A stretch of 32,000 bases of DNA from Methanothermobacter marburgensis str. Marburg (GTDB lineage Archaea > Methanobacteriota > Methanobacteria > Methanobacteriales > Methanothermobacteraceae), in assembly GCF_000145295.1 (NCBI RefSeq), contig NC_014408.1, forward strand, positions 1,602,696 through 1,634,695. Direction: 5' to 3'. Position numbers and translations under genes: made by a program. Shown piece by piece: positions 20,186 through 28,859 of this stretch. Below the pieces are notes generated by a model. It saw only the letters and a program-made list of their open reading frames with translations. It was not told the DNA's origin and made no database searches. Positions within the stretch are counted from its first letter, which is position 1. Each line of letters begins with the position of its first letter.

Positions 20186-20555
20186 ATGATATCACTCCAT
20201 CTTCACCCTCTTCTCTCACCTTGCGGAATACCATTTCGACCTCGTCGCCTATCTCTATTGAATCAGGGTCGCAGTCAACAATCTGGCTTGTTATCTTAGC
20301 ACCTTCCTCCAGTTCAACTATGGCCACCACGTAGGGAGCTATATCCTTGAACTCGTCGGTTGGGGTGTTTATCACGGAGTAACTGTGTATCTTTCCCCTC
20401 CCGCTGAACTTTAGGTCCTCAAGCTTACCTTTACGTCTGCATTCAGGGCATATTATTCTGCTTGGGAAGAAAACGTTCCCGCACTGGAGACATTTTGAAC
20501 CTGTAAGATTGTAGCGCTGGGGTATATGGCGCCATGTCCTAACGGTTTCTGTCAT
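20157..20555 (-). CDS. DUF35 family Zn-ribbon/OB-fold protein
   Basis: Zn ribbon CLQCGNVFFPSRIICPECRR followed by an OB fold. Start set at MTETVRTW (20555) because GGAGGTCAC precedes it; the ORF-track start at 20588 has no SD. Confidence 0.8.
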   Translation of the reverse strand: MTETVRTWRHIPQRYNLTGSKCLQCGNVFFPSRIICPECRRKGKLEDLKFSGRGKIHSYSVINTPTDEFKDIAPYVVAIVELEEGAKITSQIVDCDPDSIEIGDEVEMVFRKVREEGEDGVISYGFKFRPKN

Positions 20556-20820
20556 GATGTGACCTCCATAAATGTAATCAGTTTTCATTATCTATCTTGA
20601 TTCATTATAATTAAATCATATGGTCAGAGGATATTTAAATCCCTTGTGCTTCCAAGGGAGTAATAAAGATTCTTATTACCCCCTGAGTTGATCCATGGGA
20701 TAACCTGGCCTTTTTTCTATTTCTAATGGTTTAGATCGCCATTGAAGCCCCAGAACGGTTAATATATCATTTCAGTAATATTTTTATGTTGGTAATACTT
20801 AATTTTAATCTGGTGATACG

Positions 20821-21723
20821 ATGGATGATGGAGGCTATGTGATGGCAGGTTTCAGTCTTCTTCTCATGGTGCCGGCCATGATACTCGCCCTGATGATACT
20901 CAGCATCGATGATTCATCAGTGGAAAGAAGTGCTGATAGGTCCCTATCTGAGAGTATGACAGGGGCCCTGTGGGATATCAGGGACAGCATCCCGGTGATA
21001 ACAAGGGAAGTACTAAATGGAACTGCACAGGAGGCCATAAACGGTACACTTCCTCCAGACCTGGATGCCAGGGCCCGTGTAAGAGCAGGGGTACAGGGGC
21101 GTATTGACAGGTTATGCGCTGTCCACAGAAACATGAATCTAAGCTGCAGGGTGAATTCAGTTGAGGGGGCAACCGACGACCCCTTCTGTATTGAGGTTAA
21201 CTCCACTGTTGATATTAGGGCAGGAAAAATCCACCACACTGAGAACATTTCGGTAAGGGTACCTGTTGAGGATCTGCCTGATCCCCTGCCCTTCAGGGTT
21301 CTGGGAAGGTTGCAGCACAATGAAACGTCAATAGAGTATGGCAGGAGCCTCATGGACCACCTTTCTTCAGGGAACAGGGAAGCCTATGATGGGGCTTCCG
21401 GTCCTTTCCTGATAAGAAGGTGTCCCTATGAACCCTACACCATCCATGGATCCAGCGGAGTCCTCTACACCTGCCTCCTAAATGGATACTACCATGAGAG
21501 TCACGATGGGTCCTGCTACCTCTGTAGACTGGAGGGAAAAACCTCCTGTCCGCACCTGGGTCTTGAAACCTTCATAATACCCTCAGGAAATTTTGAGGAG
21601 GCCCCGGTATCTGTTGACCATGTTCTATTCACGACAGCGTACGCCGGGGAGCTCCACAACGTATCAGGATTCATCATATACCTTGACGGGGCCCACAGAA
21701 AAAAGTACGGTGTTATACAGTGA
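20821..21723 (+). CDS. Hypothetical membrane-anchored, probably extracellular Cys/His-rich protein
   Basis: GGTGAT SD 3 nt upstream. N-terminal hydrophobic helix GFSLLLMVPAMILALMIL. Seven N-x-S/T sequons. Cys/His cluster CPYEP...C...HESHDGSCYLCRLEGKTSCPH. I recognise no family. Confidence 0.6.
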   Translation: MDDGGYVMAGFSLLLMVPAMILALMILSIDDSSVERSADRSLSESMTGALWDIRDSIPVITREVLNGTAQEAINGTLPPDLDARARVRAGVQGRIDRLCAVHRNMNLSCRVNSVEGATDDPFCIEVNSTVDIRAGKIHHTENISVRVPVEDLPDPLPFRVLGRLQHNETSIEYGRSLMDHLSSGNREAYDGASGPFLIRRCPYEPYTIHGSSGVLYTCLLNGYYHESHDGSCYLCRLEGKTSCPHLGLETFIIPSGNFEEAPVSVDHVLFTTAYAGELHNVSGFIIYLDGAHRKKYGVIQ

Positions 21724-21956
21724 TATTCTCAACAGATTTTCTGCTCTCCCTCATAATCGTGGCCATTATCGTGGGCATATCTGCAGAACTGATGGAAATA
21801 CAGGAGACCCGAATGAATGAAAGATTCAGAGAAACATACACAAGGGCTAAAGGTGCCACAGCAACGGATGTTCTCATAAATACACCTGGAGATCCTGTTA
21901 ACTGGGAAAAGCTTCCTGTAGGCACCTGCAGGTATCCTGGACTTGCCGTCCCATGA
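21720..21956 (+). CDS. Hypothetical pilin-like N-terminal fragment / small membrane protein
   Basis: GTG start overlaps the upstream stop (GTGA). N-terminus MIFSTDFLLSLIIVAIIVGI. Ends at a TGA that is in frame with the next ORF. Confidence 0.45.
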   Translation: MIFSTDFLLSLIIVAIIVGISAELMEIQETRMNERFRETYTRAKGATATDVLINTPGDPVNWEKLPVGTCRYPGLAVP

Positions 21957-21986
21957 AAAAGAGGGGTCATATCCTATGAAAAAATC

Positions 21987-22511
21987 ATGAAAATTCGCTC
22001 AAGACCAGAATTACTTGAAAGGGCATTCCCGGGCATTCATGTGAGAATTGTGCTGAGTCCCCTCAACGACAGAATAAGCCCCATAATCATTGGCGGTGAA
22101 CTGAAGGGGAATGAAATACAGGTATTTAGAAAAACCGTCAACTGCAACTTCCTGTCTGATTATGTTATCAGGCGGGAGGAATGCCTGTGTCCCTCCGGTC
22201 ATGGCGAAAACTGGACCTGCATGAATTTTCGCGTTAATGACTCACTGGATTACTACCTCATATCAGATGGCTGCAGCGGATCATTCATCCTTGACACGGA
22301 CTGCAACAGAAGCCATGAAGAGATAAAAATCCGTTCAGGAAGTTTAAAACTGAATTTAACAGGGCAGGGCGTGGTATGGATCCATTTACATGGATGTGGA
22401 AGGGGGGTAATAATTGCCGGGCTTCCCCGCTCTGGAATGGATTGTCCGCTGAAACCTGATTACTTTGAGGTCCAGCCATGCTCCCTCCAGATCCTCATAT
22501 CCCCCTACTGA
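21987..22511 (+). CDS. Hypothetical Cys-rich protein, in frame with 21720-21956 (possibly its C-terminal part)
   Basis: 174 aa ORF in the same frame as the preceding ORF, with a single TGA between them. No convincing SD in front of its ATG. Eight Cys and three sequons. Confidence 0.4.
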   Translation: MKIRSRPELLERAFPGIHVRIVLSPLNDRISPIIIGGELKGNEIQVFRKTVNCNFLSDYVIRREECLCPSGHGENWTCMNFRVNDSLDYYLISDGCSGSFILDTDCNRSHEEIKIRSGSLKLNLTGQGVVWIHLHGCGRGVIIAGLPRSGMDCPLKPDYFEVQPCSLQILISPY

Positions 22512-22560
22512 CCCAGAGCCCCCCACCAGCATTACATGGTTCTGAGGTCTTAATGATGAT

Positions 22561-23892
22561 TCAGAGCCCTATAACTGCTATTATGGCTATTACAAGGCAC
22601 GTGTTTGCCACCGGGTCGGTCATGCTGGTCGACAGTGGGATAACTATGTTGTCAGGGTCCAGTTCAAGTCTGTAGGATGCTGAGCTCAGATAAAAGCCCA
22701 CCATAAGAAGGAATGGGGTCAGAAGGTACCCTGCAAGTGAACTTATAAGAACCATCCTCTCAAGTCCAAGGGACCCTATACCAAGGGAAACACTCACAAC
22801 ATGAGCCAGAAGCCCGATTGTTGGGTATATGATCAATGAAAGTACTGATATTATTCCAAAGTTTCTGAGGGCCTCTCCATGGGGTCTGAGGGTTGCAGGG
22901 ACTATACCAGAGTGGAGCCCAGAGGAAAGCCTTGCTCCGAGTATGCTCACAAGGTCTCCACTTTCACCTGAAAACAGCGGTACCAGTGCAAGGATTGCAG
23001 GGTTGTCAAGTATAAACGATAGTTTGCTGTTTAGGACCATACCCGCAGTGGTTCCCAGGGCTGAGCAGAGGAGAAGTACGGGCACGCTCTGTCTTATGAT
23101 CCTTCTAAGGTTATATCTGCCCTTAATTCCCATCGCAAGGCCCAGAACACCCATCAGAATAAACAGAAAAAAGAGCACCCATTCAAAAATGCCGTTCCTT
23201 ACAGCCTCAAGGATGGCCAGTGCCGCGAATATTGATGGGAGCGTGAAAAGGTCGCCTGAAGCTGCTATGAGGGGTGTTGTGACGTTATCAGGGTCCCAGC
23301 CATTCTCATAGCTCTTGAGGGATATGAGGACGGTTGCCGGGAGAAGGACGGCACCTGATATTATTCCGCCGGCCACAGAGATAACAATGAAATCCATTAT
23401 TCCCATGCTTCGAAATCCGAAGATATGGCAGAATATCCAGGCCATGAATCCAAGGAAAATTGACATAACCACGGTCAGTATTATGGTCGCCTCAATGTTC
23501 TCTGTAAGGACATCTGATTTTCGAAGTTCCGGTGAAAGGGTACCTATATGCAGACCTGAACCGAGGCGTGAACCCAGGGCCCCGAAGATATTACCCCTCA
23601 TCCCTATGGCACCGGGTATCAGTACAAGTAGGCCTGGATATGACTCAAGGAGGGGAGACATCTTACCCAGAAATATACCTGCCACAAGGTCCCCCAGGGC
23701 ACATATGAAGAGTGCGACGAAGCTTTCCCCTATAACCCTTTTAGAACCCCTGAAAAAGCTTCCAAAACTCTTGAATAGGTTAAAAGCCCTGACCCATCCC
23801 CTTGAGGCCGTTATGGATAAATTCACGGTAAATGTTAGCAGGGACTGTAGTATGAGCCGAGTCGTCCTCAGTAATCTTCCTGTTATCCTCAT
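22561..23892 (-). CDS. MgtE-like (SLC41-type) divalent cation transporter, internally duplicated membrane domain
   Basis: Two repeats of the MgtE membrane-domain signature: [25 protein letters not shown] and [25 protein letters not shown] at 23892 preferred (AGGTGAGG upstream) over the GTG at 23901. Confidence 0.7.
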   Translation of the reverse strand: MRITGRLLRTTRLILQSLLTFTVNLSITASRGWVRAFNLFKSFGSFFRGSKRVIGESFVALFICALGDLVAGIFLGKMSPLLESYPGLLVLIPGAIGMRGNIFGALGSRLGSGLHIGTLSPELRKSDVLTENIEATIILTVVMSIFLGFMAWIFCHIFGFRSMGIMDFIVISVAGGIISGAVLLPATVLISLKSYENGWDPDNVTTPLIAASGDLFTLPSIFAALAILEAVRNGIFEWVLFFLFILMGVLGLAMGIKGRYNLRRIIRQSVPVLLLCSALGTTAGMVLNSKLSFILDNPAILALVPLFSGESGDLVSILGARLSSGLHSGIVPATLRPHGEALRNFGIISVLSLIIYPTIGLLAHVVSVSLGIGSLGLERMVLISSLAGYLLTPFLLMVGFYLSSASYRLELDPDNIVIPLSTSMTDPVANTCLVIAIIAVIGL

Positions 23893-23928
23893 TGACCTCA
23901 CCTGCTAACATTTACATCATCTCTGGGA

Positions 23929-24525
23929 CTATTCTATGCTGCACCCTATATCCTCAAGGGTCATCTCACCCTTTGCAAGTGCAAATAAGAGTTCTGAACC
24001 TGCTTCGTTTCCCTTGGCGATAAGAGTATCGTTCTCTGCAAGTACCGTGTTTCTATCGGGTCCGTAAATCCAGGATTCTCCTCTTCTGATGGCTATGATC
24101 CTCATACCTGTTCTGGTTGCAAGTAAAAGGTCTCCCAGTGATTTCCCTGCCAGCTCTGATCCCTCATCAATTGTCACCCTGACTATTATCTCATCGGACT
24201 CCTCCATGACCATCTTGAAGACAGGGTGGGGTTTGATGCCCTTCAGCACCAGGTCAGCGATATCCTTGGCAGAGTTTGCTATGCTTTCAGCTGCCTCACC
24301 CACCTCTAGGAGGGCTGTCAGTTTTTCGGCGTCCTCAACAGATCTTGCAGCAAGAAGTGACTCCTTTTTTATCTCATAGTTAAGCCTGTTGACCTTGTTT
24401 TCAAGTTTTATGACTTCCTCTGCCGCGTCCCTGCTGTTAAACAGGAGGGCAGAGTATGCAAGATCCACCATCAACTCCGAGAGGTTCTTCATTTCGATGA
24501 GAATATCCTTAACACTTTTGGACAA
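23929..24525 (-). CDS. PhoU-like plus TrkA-C (RCK_C) domain regulatory protein
   Basis: N-terminal helical PhoU-like repeat ([21 protein letters not shown]...). C-terminal TrkA-C pattern ([20 protein letters not shown]...[10 protein letters not shown]...DTLIAKG). TTG start with GGAGGA 6 nt upstream. Lies directly upstream of the transporter. Confidence 0.7.
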   Translation of the reverse strand: MSKSVKDILIEMKNLSELMVDLAYSALLFNSRDAAEEVIKLENKVNRLNYEIKKESLLAARSVEDAEKLTALLEVGEAAESIANSAKDIADLVLKGIKPHPVFKMVMEESDEIIVRVTIDEGSELAGKSLGDLLLATRTGMRIIAIRRGESWIYGPDRNTVLAENDTLIAKGNEAGSELLFALAKGEMTLEDIGCSIE

Positions 24526-24596
24526 CTTTCATCCTCCTAGGCTGCTGAAATGATATTGGGTGATTTAAAATAAATATCTTGCTGCGGTGAAATCAG

Positions 24597-25670
24597 TTAT
24601 TTACTGGAGTTTCCTCCTGAAGCCATGAGGCACTCCCTTCGAAGCTTGAGAAGTTCCTTCTTCCTCTCGGTTAAATCATCCGGTTCTGAAATCAGCCGCT
24701 TAAGACCCCTCCTGACGCACTCAACAGCCTCATCGGTGTGTATCCATCTGCAGTCCTGGCAGCTCCATACGCCCTTATCCCGTATCCAGTAGCCCCCTGT
24801 GGACCCTTCACCGCATGGATAGAATGGGCAGTAACAGAATGCGCAGTTCTGACCCTCAAAGTGGCAGGGGTAGAATTCACACTTCTCATCAGGGCCTGAA
24901 TCTTTGCCGTAAGGATTCTCCTCATAGAACTTCCTTGCAAGTTCATGGAGTGGGGCCTCAACCGCGTATCCGCGGGGTGTGATCATGTATCCATCCCTTG
25001 TGTAGGTTGTAACGTTGCCGACTATGATGGTGGTGGACATGTCCACAAGGGATTCATTTAGGTCTCCAAGAGCCACAATACTCACCTGTGGACTTCCATT
25101 TTCGGTCCTCACCACACCCACGGGAGTTTCCGGTTCAAGTTCAGATCTTAGTATTTCAAGTGCCTCCCTGAAGGGTTTCTTCCTCCTCTTTCCCAGAGGG
25201 TTATAAAGGGCTATTACAAGTCCCGTCCCTGCAGCTGCCCTGATCTTTCTTCTTATCTCTGATAGGGGAGTGAGGATGTCGCTTAGACTTATAACCGCAA
25301 AGTCATGGAGAGGTGCCCCCAGGTGGGATGCTGCATAGTTGACCGCGGTCACGCCGGGTATAACCTCAAATTCAACCCCAGAATACTTATCAAATATCTG
25401 AAAGAATACATTGGCCATCCCATAGACACCCGGGTCTCCTGAACTAACCAGTGCGACGTTGAGACCTTCAAGGTGTTTCTCGATGGCCTTTTCCACTCTC
25501 TCAAGTTCAGACCCCATTCCGCTTTTTATTATCTCCTTGCCCTCCAGGAGGTCCTCTATCTGTTTTATGTACCTAACATATCCTATGACAACATCGGATT
25601 CTTCAAGAGCCCGGAGGGCCCTCACTGTTATATCATCCCTTGTGGGTCCAAGTCCTATTATCCTTATCAT
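24597..25670 (-). CDS. cbiH: Tetrapyrrole methylase, CbiH-like (cobalt-factor III / precorrin-3B C17-methyltransferase) fused to a Cys-rich small domain
   Basis: [32 protein letters not shown] and [11 protein letters not shown] (TP_methylase family, CbiH-like N-terminus). C-terminal 10-Cys domain [26 protein letters not shown]...CQDCRW...ECV. Confidence 0.65.
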   Translation of the reverse strand: MIRIIGLGPTRDDITVRALRALEESDVVIGYVRYIKQIEDLLEGKEIIKSGMGSELERVEKAIEKHLEGLNVALVSSGDPGVYGMANVFFQIFDKYSGVEFEVIPGVTAVNYAASHLGAPLHDFAVISLSDILTPLSEIRRKIRAAAGTGLVIALYNPLGKRRKKPFREALEILRSELEPETPVGVVRTENGSPQVSIVALGDLNESLVDMSTTIIVGNVTTYTRDGYMITPRGYAVEAPLHELARKFYEENPYGKDSGPDEKCEFYPCHFEGQNCAFCYCPFYPCGEGSTGGYWIRDKGVWSCQDCRWIHTDEAVECVRRGLKRLISEPDDLTERKKELLKLRRECLMASGGNSSK

Positions 25671-25757
25671 GAGAACACCTTCAGGTGAATCAGGAGCTTA
25701 GTGATGTGAAGCCACTGCAGCGGATTTCCATGTATGAATTTACCTCCCAATTGATGC

Positions 25758-26255
25758 TCAGTAAATCCTGGTTACTGAAATGATTCTAAGGGTCCTGACA
25801 TCGACCCATACCCCTGATGACCTAGTTTCAGCCCTTGCAGCTGCAGTTACAGTGAACTGCTCGGTTGGCCTTATGACTATCTGACCGCTTCCTGTCTGGT
25901 TTTCACGGTACCCGGTCGCTGTTATGTTGATATTGATGTTCTCAAGTGATGTGTCCTCTGTTGTTGTCGCATTGAGGGAGCGGATGTTTATTCCATCAAG
26001 GCCAGTACGGGCTTTAAGGGCATCTGCAACATCTGCATTGTTTATTATCCGGATCTCCTCAGGCCCTCCAGTGATTGTGGAGGTTATATTCTTACCTGAA
26101 TCCAGAAATGAAGATACGGTGTCTATCTGCATTTCAATAAGTTTTTCCACATCCGGTGGTTTTGACGTTACAAGTGTGTATGAACTTATGAGCCCGGCCT
26201 CAAAGAAGGCCAGGAATATTATGAGGAACAGGAATAATTTAATGATCCTTGGCAA
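25758..26255 (-). CDS. Hypothetical N-terminally anchored, probably extracellular protein
   Basis: TTG start with GGTGAT 3 nt upstream. Hydrophobic N-terminus IIKLFLFLIIFLAFF. Several sequons (NITS, NATT, NINIT, NQT). No recognised family. Confidence 0.5.
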   Translation of the reverse strand: MPRIIKLFLFLIIFLAFFEAGLISSYTLVTSKPPDVEKLIEMQIDTVSSFLDSGKNITSTITGGPEEIRIINNADVADALKARTGLDGINIRSLNATTTEDTSLENININITATGYRENQTGSGQIVIRPTEQFTVTAAARAETRSSGVWVDVRTLRIISVTRIY

Positions 26256-26388
26256 TGCATCACCTTTTTTCTGTGAATGGACCCAAAGGGTAAACTACTA
26301 TTTCGATAAGAATATATGAACTCAATGAAATATTTAACCGTGAACCCATTTTAAAGATTTCTGAATTCCCCTAACCAGTTCATGCAGT

Positions 26389-27861
26389 ATGATTGAAATG
26401 AATGAAATAATAGGAAAATTTGCAAGGGAAGGAATTTTAATAGAGGATAACGCATATTTCAGGCTGAAAGAAATGGATGATCCTGCAACAGCCTCCTCGG
26501 AGATTATAGTTAAGATAAAAAAGAATGGTGGGGGTAAATTCACTCTTCTGACCTCGGAGATGCTTGATGACCTCTTTGAGTTGACTGAGGAAATAGATAA
26601 CCCCGCGGAAATAAAGGCGAGGGGTCCAATCAATGTTCCAAGGGAGAGGGAATTCGACTTCAGGGTCATCACAGATACCAGTAAGAGATCATACACCAGT
26701 GGGGAGATAGGTGACATGATCTCCTACTTCAACAGCAGATTCAGCTGCCTCAGGGATCTCCTCAAAAGACGCCCTGAACTTAAGAGCCATGTGCCCATTG
26801 CGGATCTTCGCGGCGGGGACGACGCTGTGAGCATCATAGGGATCATCAATGAGATACGAACCACCAAGAACAACCACAGAATGCTTGAACTGGAGGATGA
26901 TACAGGGGAAATAACAGTGGTGGTTCACAATGAAAACCATAAACTGTTTGAAAAGTCCGAGAAGCTTGTTAGGGATGAGGTCATAGGTGTTCAGGGTGCG
27001 AAAAAGGGGAGGTTTGTGGTGGCCTCCGAGATCTTCCATCCTGGTGTACCACGAATACAGGAGAAGGAAATGGACTTTTCAGTTGCCTTCATATCTGATG
27101 TCCACATAGGAAGCCAGACCTTCCTTGAAGATGCATTCACCAAGTTCGTTAAATGGATAAACGGGGACTTTGGGACGGAGGACCAGATGAATATCGCGGC
27201 TGACATTAAGTACTTGGTGGTTGCAGGTGACATCGTTGATGGTATCGGGATATACCCTGGACAGGAAAAGGAACTCATCATAAGGGATATCAATGAGCAG
27301 TATGAGGAGGCTGCAAGGCTTTTTGGAGAGATAAGGGATGACATAAAGATTGTGATGATCCCTGGAAACCACGATGCATCGAGGATCGCTGAGCCCCAGC
27401 CCGCAATACCCGAGGAATATGCGAAGCCGCTTTACAGCCTAAAAAATGTTGAATTTTTGAGTAACCCGTCCATGGTGAGTCTTGACGGTATAAAAACCCT
27501 CATATATCATGGCAGAAGTTTTGACGATATGGCCATGAGCGTGAACGGGCTTTCCCATGAAAGGTCCGATCTCATAATGGAGGAACTCCTTGAGAAGAGA
27601 CACCTTGCACCTATATACGGTGAAAGGACCCCCCTTGCATCTGAAATAGAGGACCACCTTGTGATTGATGATGTCCCCCATATCCTTCATACGGGACATG
27701 TCCATATAAACGCATACAAAAAATACAAGGGTATTCACCTTATAAATTCAGGTACATTCCAGTCGCAGACGGAGTTTCAGAAGATATACAACATTGTCCC
27801 AACATGTGGCCAGGTCCCGGTGCTCAACAGAGGGGTAATGAAGCTTCTGGAGTTCAATTAG
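26389..27861 (+). CDS. DNA polymerase II (PolD) small subunit DP1, 3'-5' exonuclease
   Basis: OB region followed by calcineurin-like phosphoesterase motifs [26 protein letters not shown] and HTGHVH. 490 aa. Confidence 0.92.
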   Translation: MIEMNEIIGKFAREGILIEDNAYFRLKEMDDPATASSEIIVKIKKNGGGKFTLLTSEMLDDLFELTEEIDNPAEIKARGPINVPREREFDFRVITDTSKRSYTSGEIGDMISYFNSRFSCLRDLLKRRPELKSHVPIADLRGGDDAVSIIGIINEIRTTKNNHRMLELEDDTGEITVVVHNENHKLFEKSEKLVRDEVIGVQGAKKGRFVVASEIFHPGVPRIQEKEMDFSVAFISDVHIGSQTFLEDAFTKFVKWINGDFGTEDQMNIAADIKYLVVAGDIVDGIGIYPGQEKELIIRDINEQYEEAARLFGEIRDDIKIVMIPGNHDASRIAEPQPAIPEEYAKPLYSLKNVEFLSNPSMVSLDGIKTLIYHGRSFDDMAMSVNGLSHERSDLIMEELLEKRHLAPIYGERTPLASEIEDHLVIDDVPHILHTGHVHINAYKKYKGIHLINSGTFQSQTEFQKIYNIVPTCGQVPVLNRGVMKLLEFN

Positions 27862-27878
27862 TCCAGGCAGGTGATTAC

Positions 27879-28442
27879 TTGAATCCATTGAGGGATGTTG
27901 TTGATGTTTCGGTCCACCTCTACAGGAGGGGTCTTGTATCTGGCATTGGAGGAAACGTGAGTGCAAGGGTGGATGATAGGGTTTTCATAACACCCACAAT
28001 GGTCCCCCTTGACCAGGTGACACTTAAGAATGTTGCAATGGTTGACCTTGAAGGGAATATCCTCAGGGGCGGAAGACCATCCTCGGAACTGGAACTCCAT
28101 CTTGAGGTCTACAGGAGGAGGCCTGATGTCAATGGTGTGGTGCACACCCACTCACCATATGCCAGGGCATTTTTAGTTGCCGGGATTGAGATTGAGAAAA
28201 TGGAGGGCTTCAGGGGACTCGGACAGGGAAATCTTCCTGTAGTATCATATTATCCCCCTGGAAGCAGGGACCTTGCATCAGCCTGTGCAGAGACGATGGT
28301 GAATGAAAATGCGGCTGTCCTTGAAAACCACGGTGTGGTATGTGCAGGTGAAACTGTTAAGGAAGCCCTCCTGCTTGCAGAGTTCATTGAGGAGCTGGCA
28401 AAAACCCGGTTCATTGCTGAGGTCCTGAAATTCATGAAATAG
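27879..28442 (+). CDS. Class II aldolase/adducin family protein (L-fuculose-1-phosphate aldolase-like)
   Basis: GNVSARV and HTHSPYA (zinc-His) motifs. TTG at 27879 preferred (AGGTGA 6 nt upstream). The ORF-track start at 27804 would overlap PolD DP1 by 58 nt. Confidence 0.78.
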   Translation: MNPLRDVVDVSVHLYRRGLVSGIGGNVSARVDDRVFITPTMVPLDQVTLKNVAMVDLEGNILRGGRPSSELELHLEVYRRRPDVNGVVHTHSPYARAFLVAGIEIEKMEGFRGLGQGNLPVVSYYPPGSRDLASACAETMVNENAAVLENHGVVCAGETVKEALLLAEFIEELAKTRFIAEVLKFMK

Positions 28443-28530
28443 TTAAATTAATTGTTTAAATAGTTATGGAAGAGATTTATTCCCTAGGAACCGTTTAAAC
28501 CAGACAAAATAGGATATAAAAAACAGAGAT

Positions 28531-28785
28531 TTATTCCCTTATGGATTCAAGTTCACTGAGTATTTCCCATACCAGTGTCCTTGCATGTATCGGGATGTTG
28601 GGGTCGTTGCTTATCTCATCCAGAATTGATATGACCGTGCTCGCCCTCACTGTGCTGTCCTCATCAGGGTTGTTGAGGATCTCCTTTGATTCCTCGGCAG
28701 CCCTTCTGATGTTCCTTGGGACACTATTATCTTCCATAATATGCTTTAAAATTTCAGAAACGCGATCAAATGTTTCGTTACTCAT
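28531..28785 (-). CDS. UPF0147 family small helical protein
   Basis: [32 protein letters not shown]...[17 protein letters not shown] matches my memory of the archaeal UPF0147 family. GGAGGA SD precedes the ATG at 28785; the upstream extension to 28839 is unsupported. Confidence 0.75.
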   Translation of the reverse strand: MSNETFDRVSEILKHIMEDNSVPRNIRRAAEESKEILNNPDEDSTVRASTVISILDEISNDPNIPIHARTLVWEILSELESIRE

Positions 28786-28859
28786 GTTGGGTCCTCCCTG
28801 CTGAATTCCTGAAGAATGCAGAATAATGTTTATATTCAATTTGGTTTATATCATTTGGG

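Noticed and set aside
20556-20588. Upstream extension of the DUF35 gene (MKTDYIYGGHI)
   Set aside because: The strong GGAGGTCAC SD sits within it, immediately before the ATG at 20555.
21954-21956. In-frame TGA as selenocysteine
   Set aside because: I see no SECIS-like hairpin in the following sequence, and the flanking residues do not resemble a redox motif. Methanobacteriales are not known to have Sec machinery, which is known only in Methanococcales and Methanopyrus among methanogens. A nonsense mutation or readthrough is more plausible.
27804-27878. Aldolase start at 27804, overlapping PolD DP1 by 58 nt
   Set aside because: The extension ([25 protein letters not shown]) is not aldolase-like. 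AGGTGA followed by TTG at 27879 gives a normal N-terminus without overlap.
28786-28839. Upstream extension of the UPF0147 gene ([18 protein letters not shown])
   Set aside because: GGAGGA SD lies within the extension, just before the ATG at 28785. The family N-terminus begins at MSNETF.
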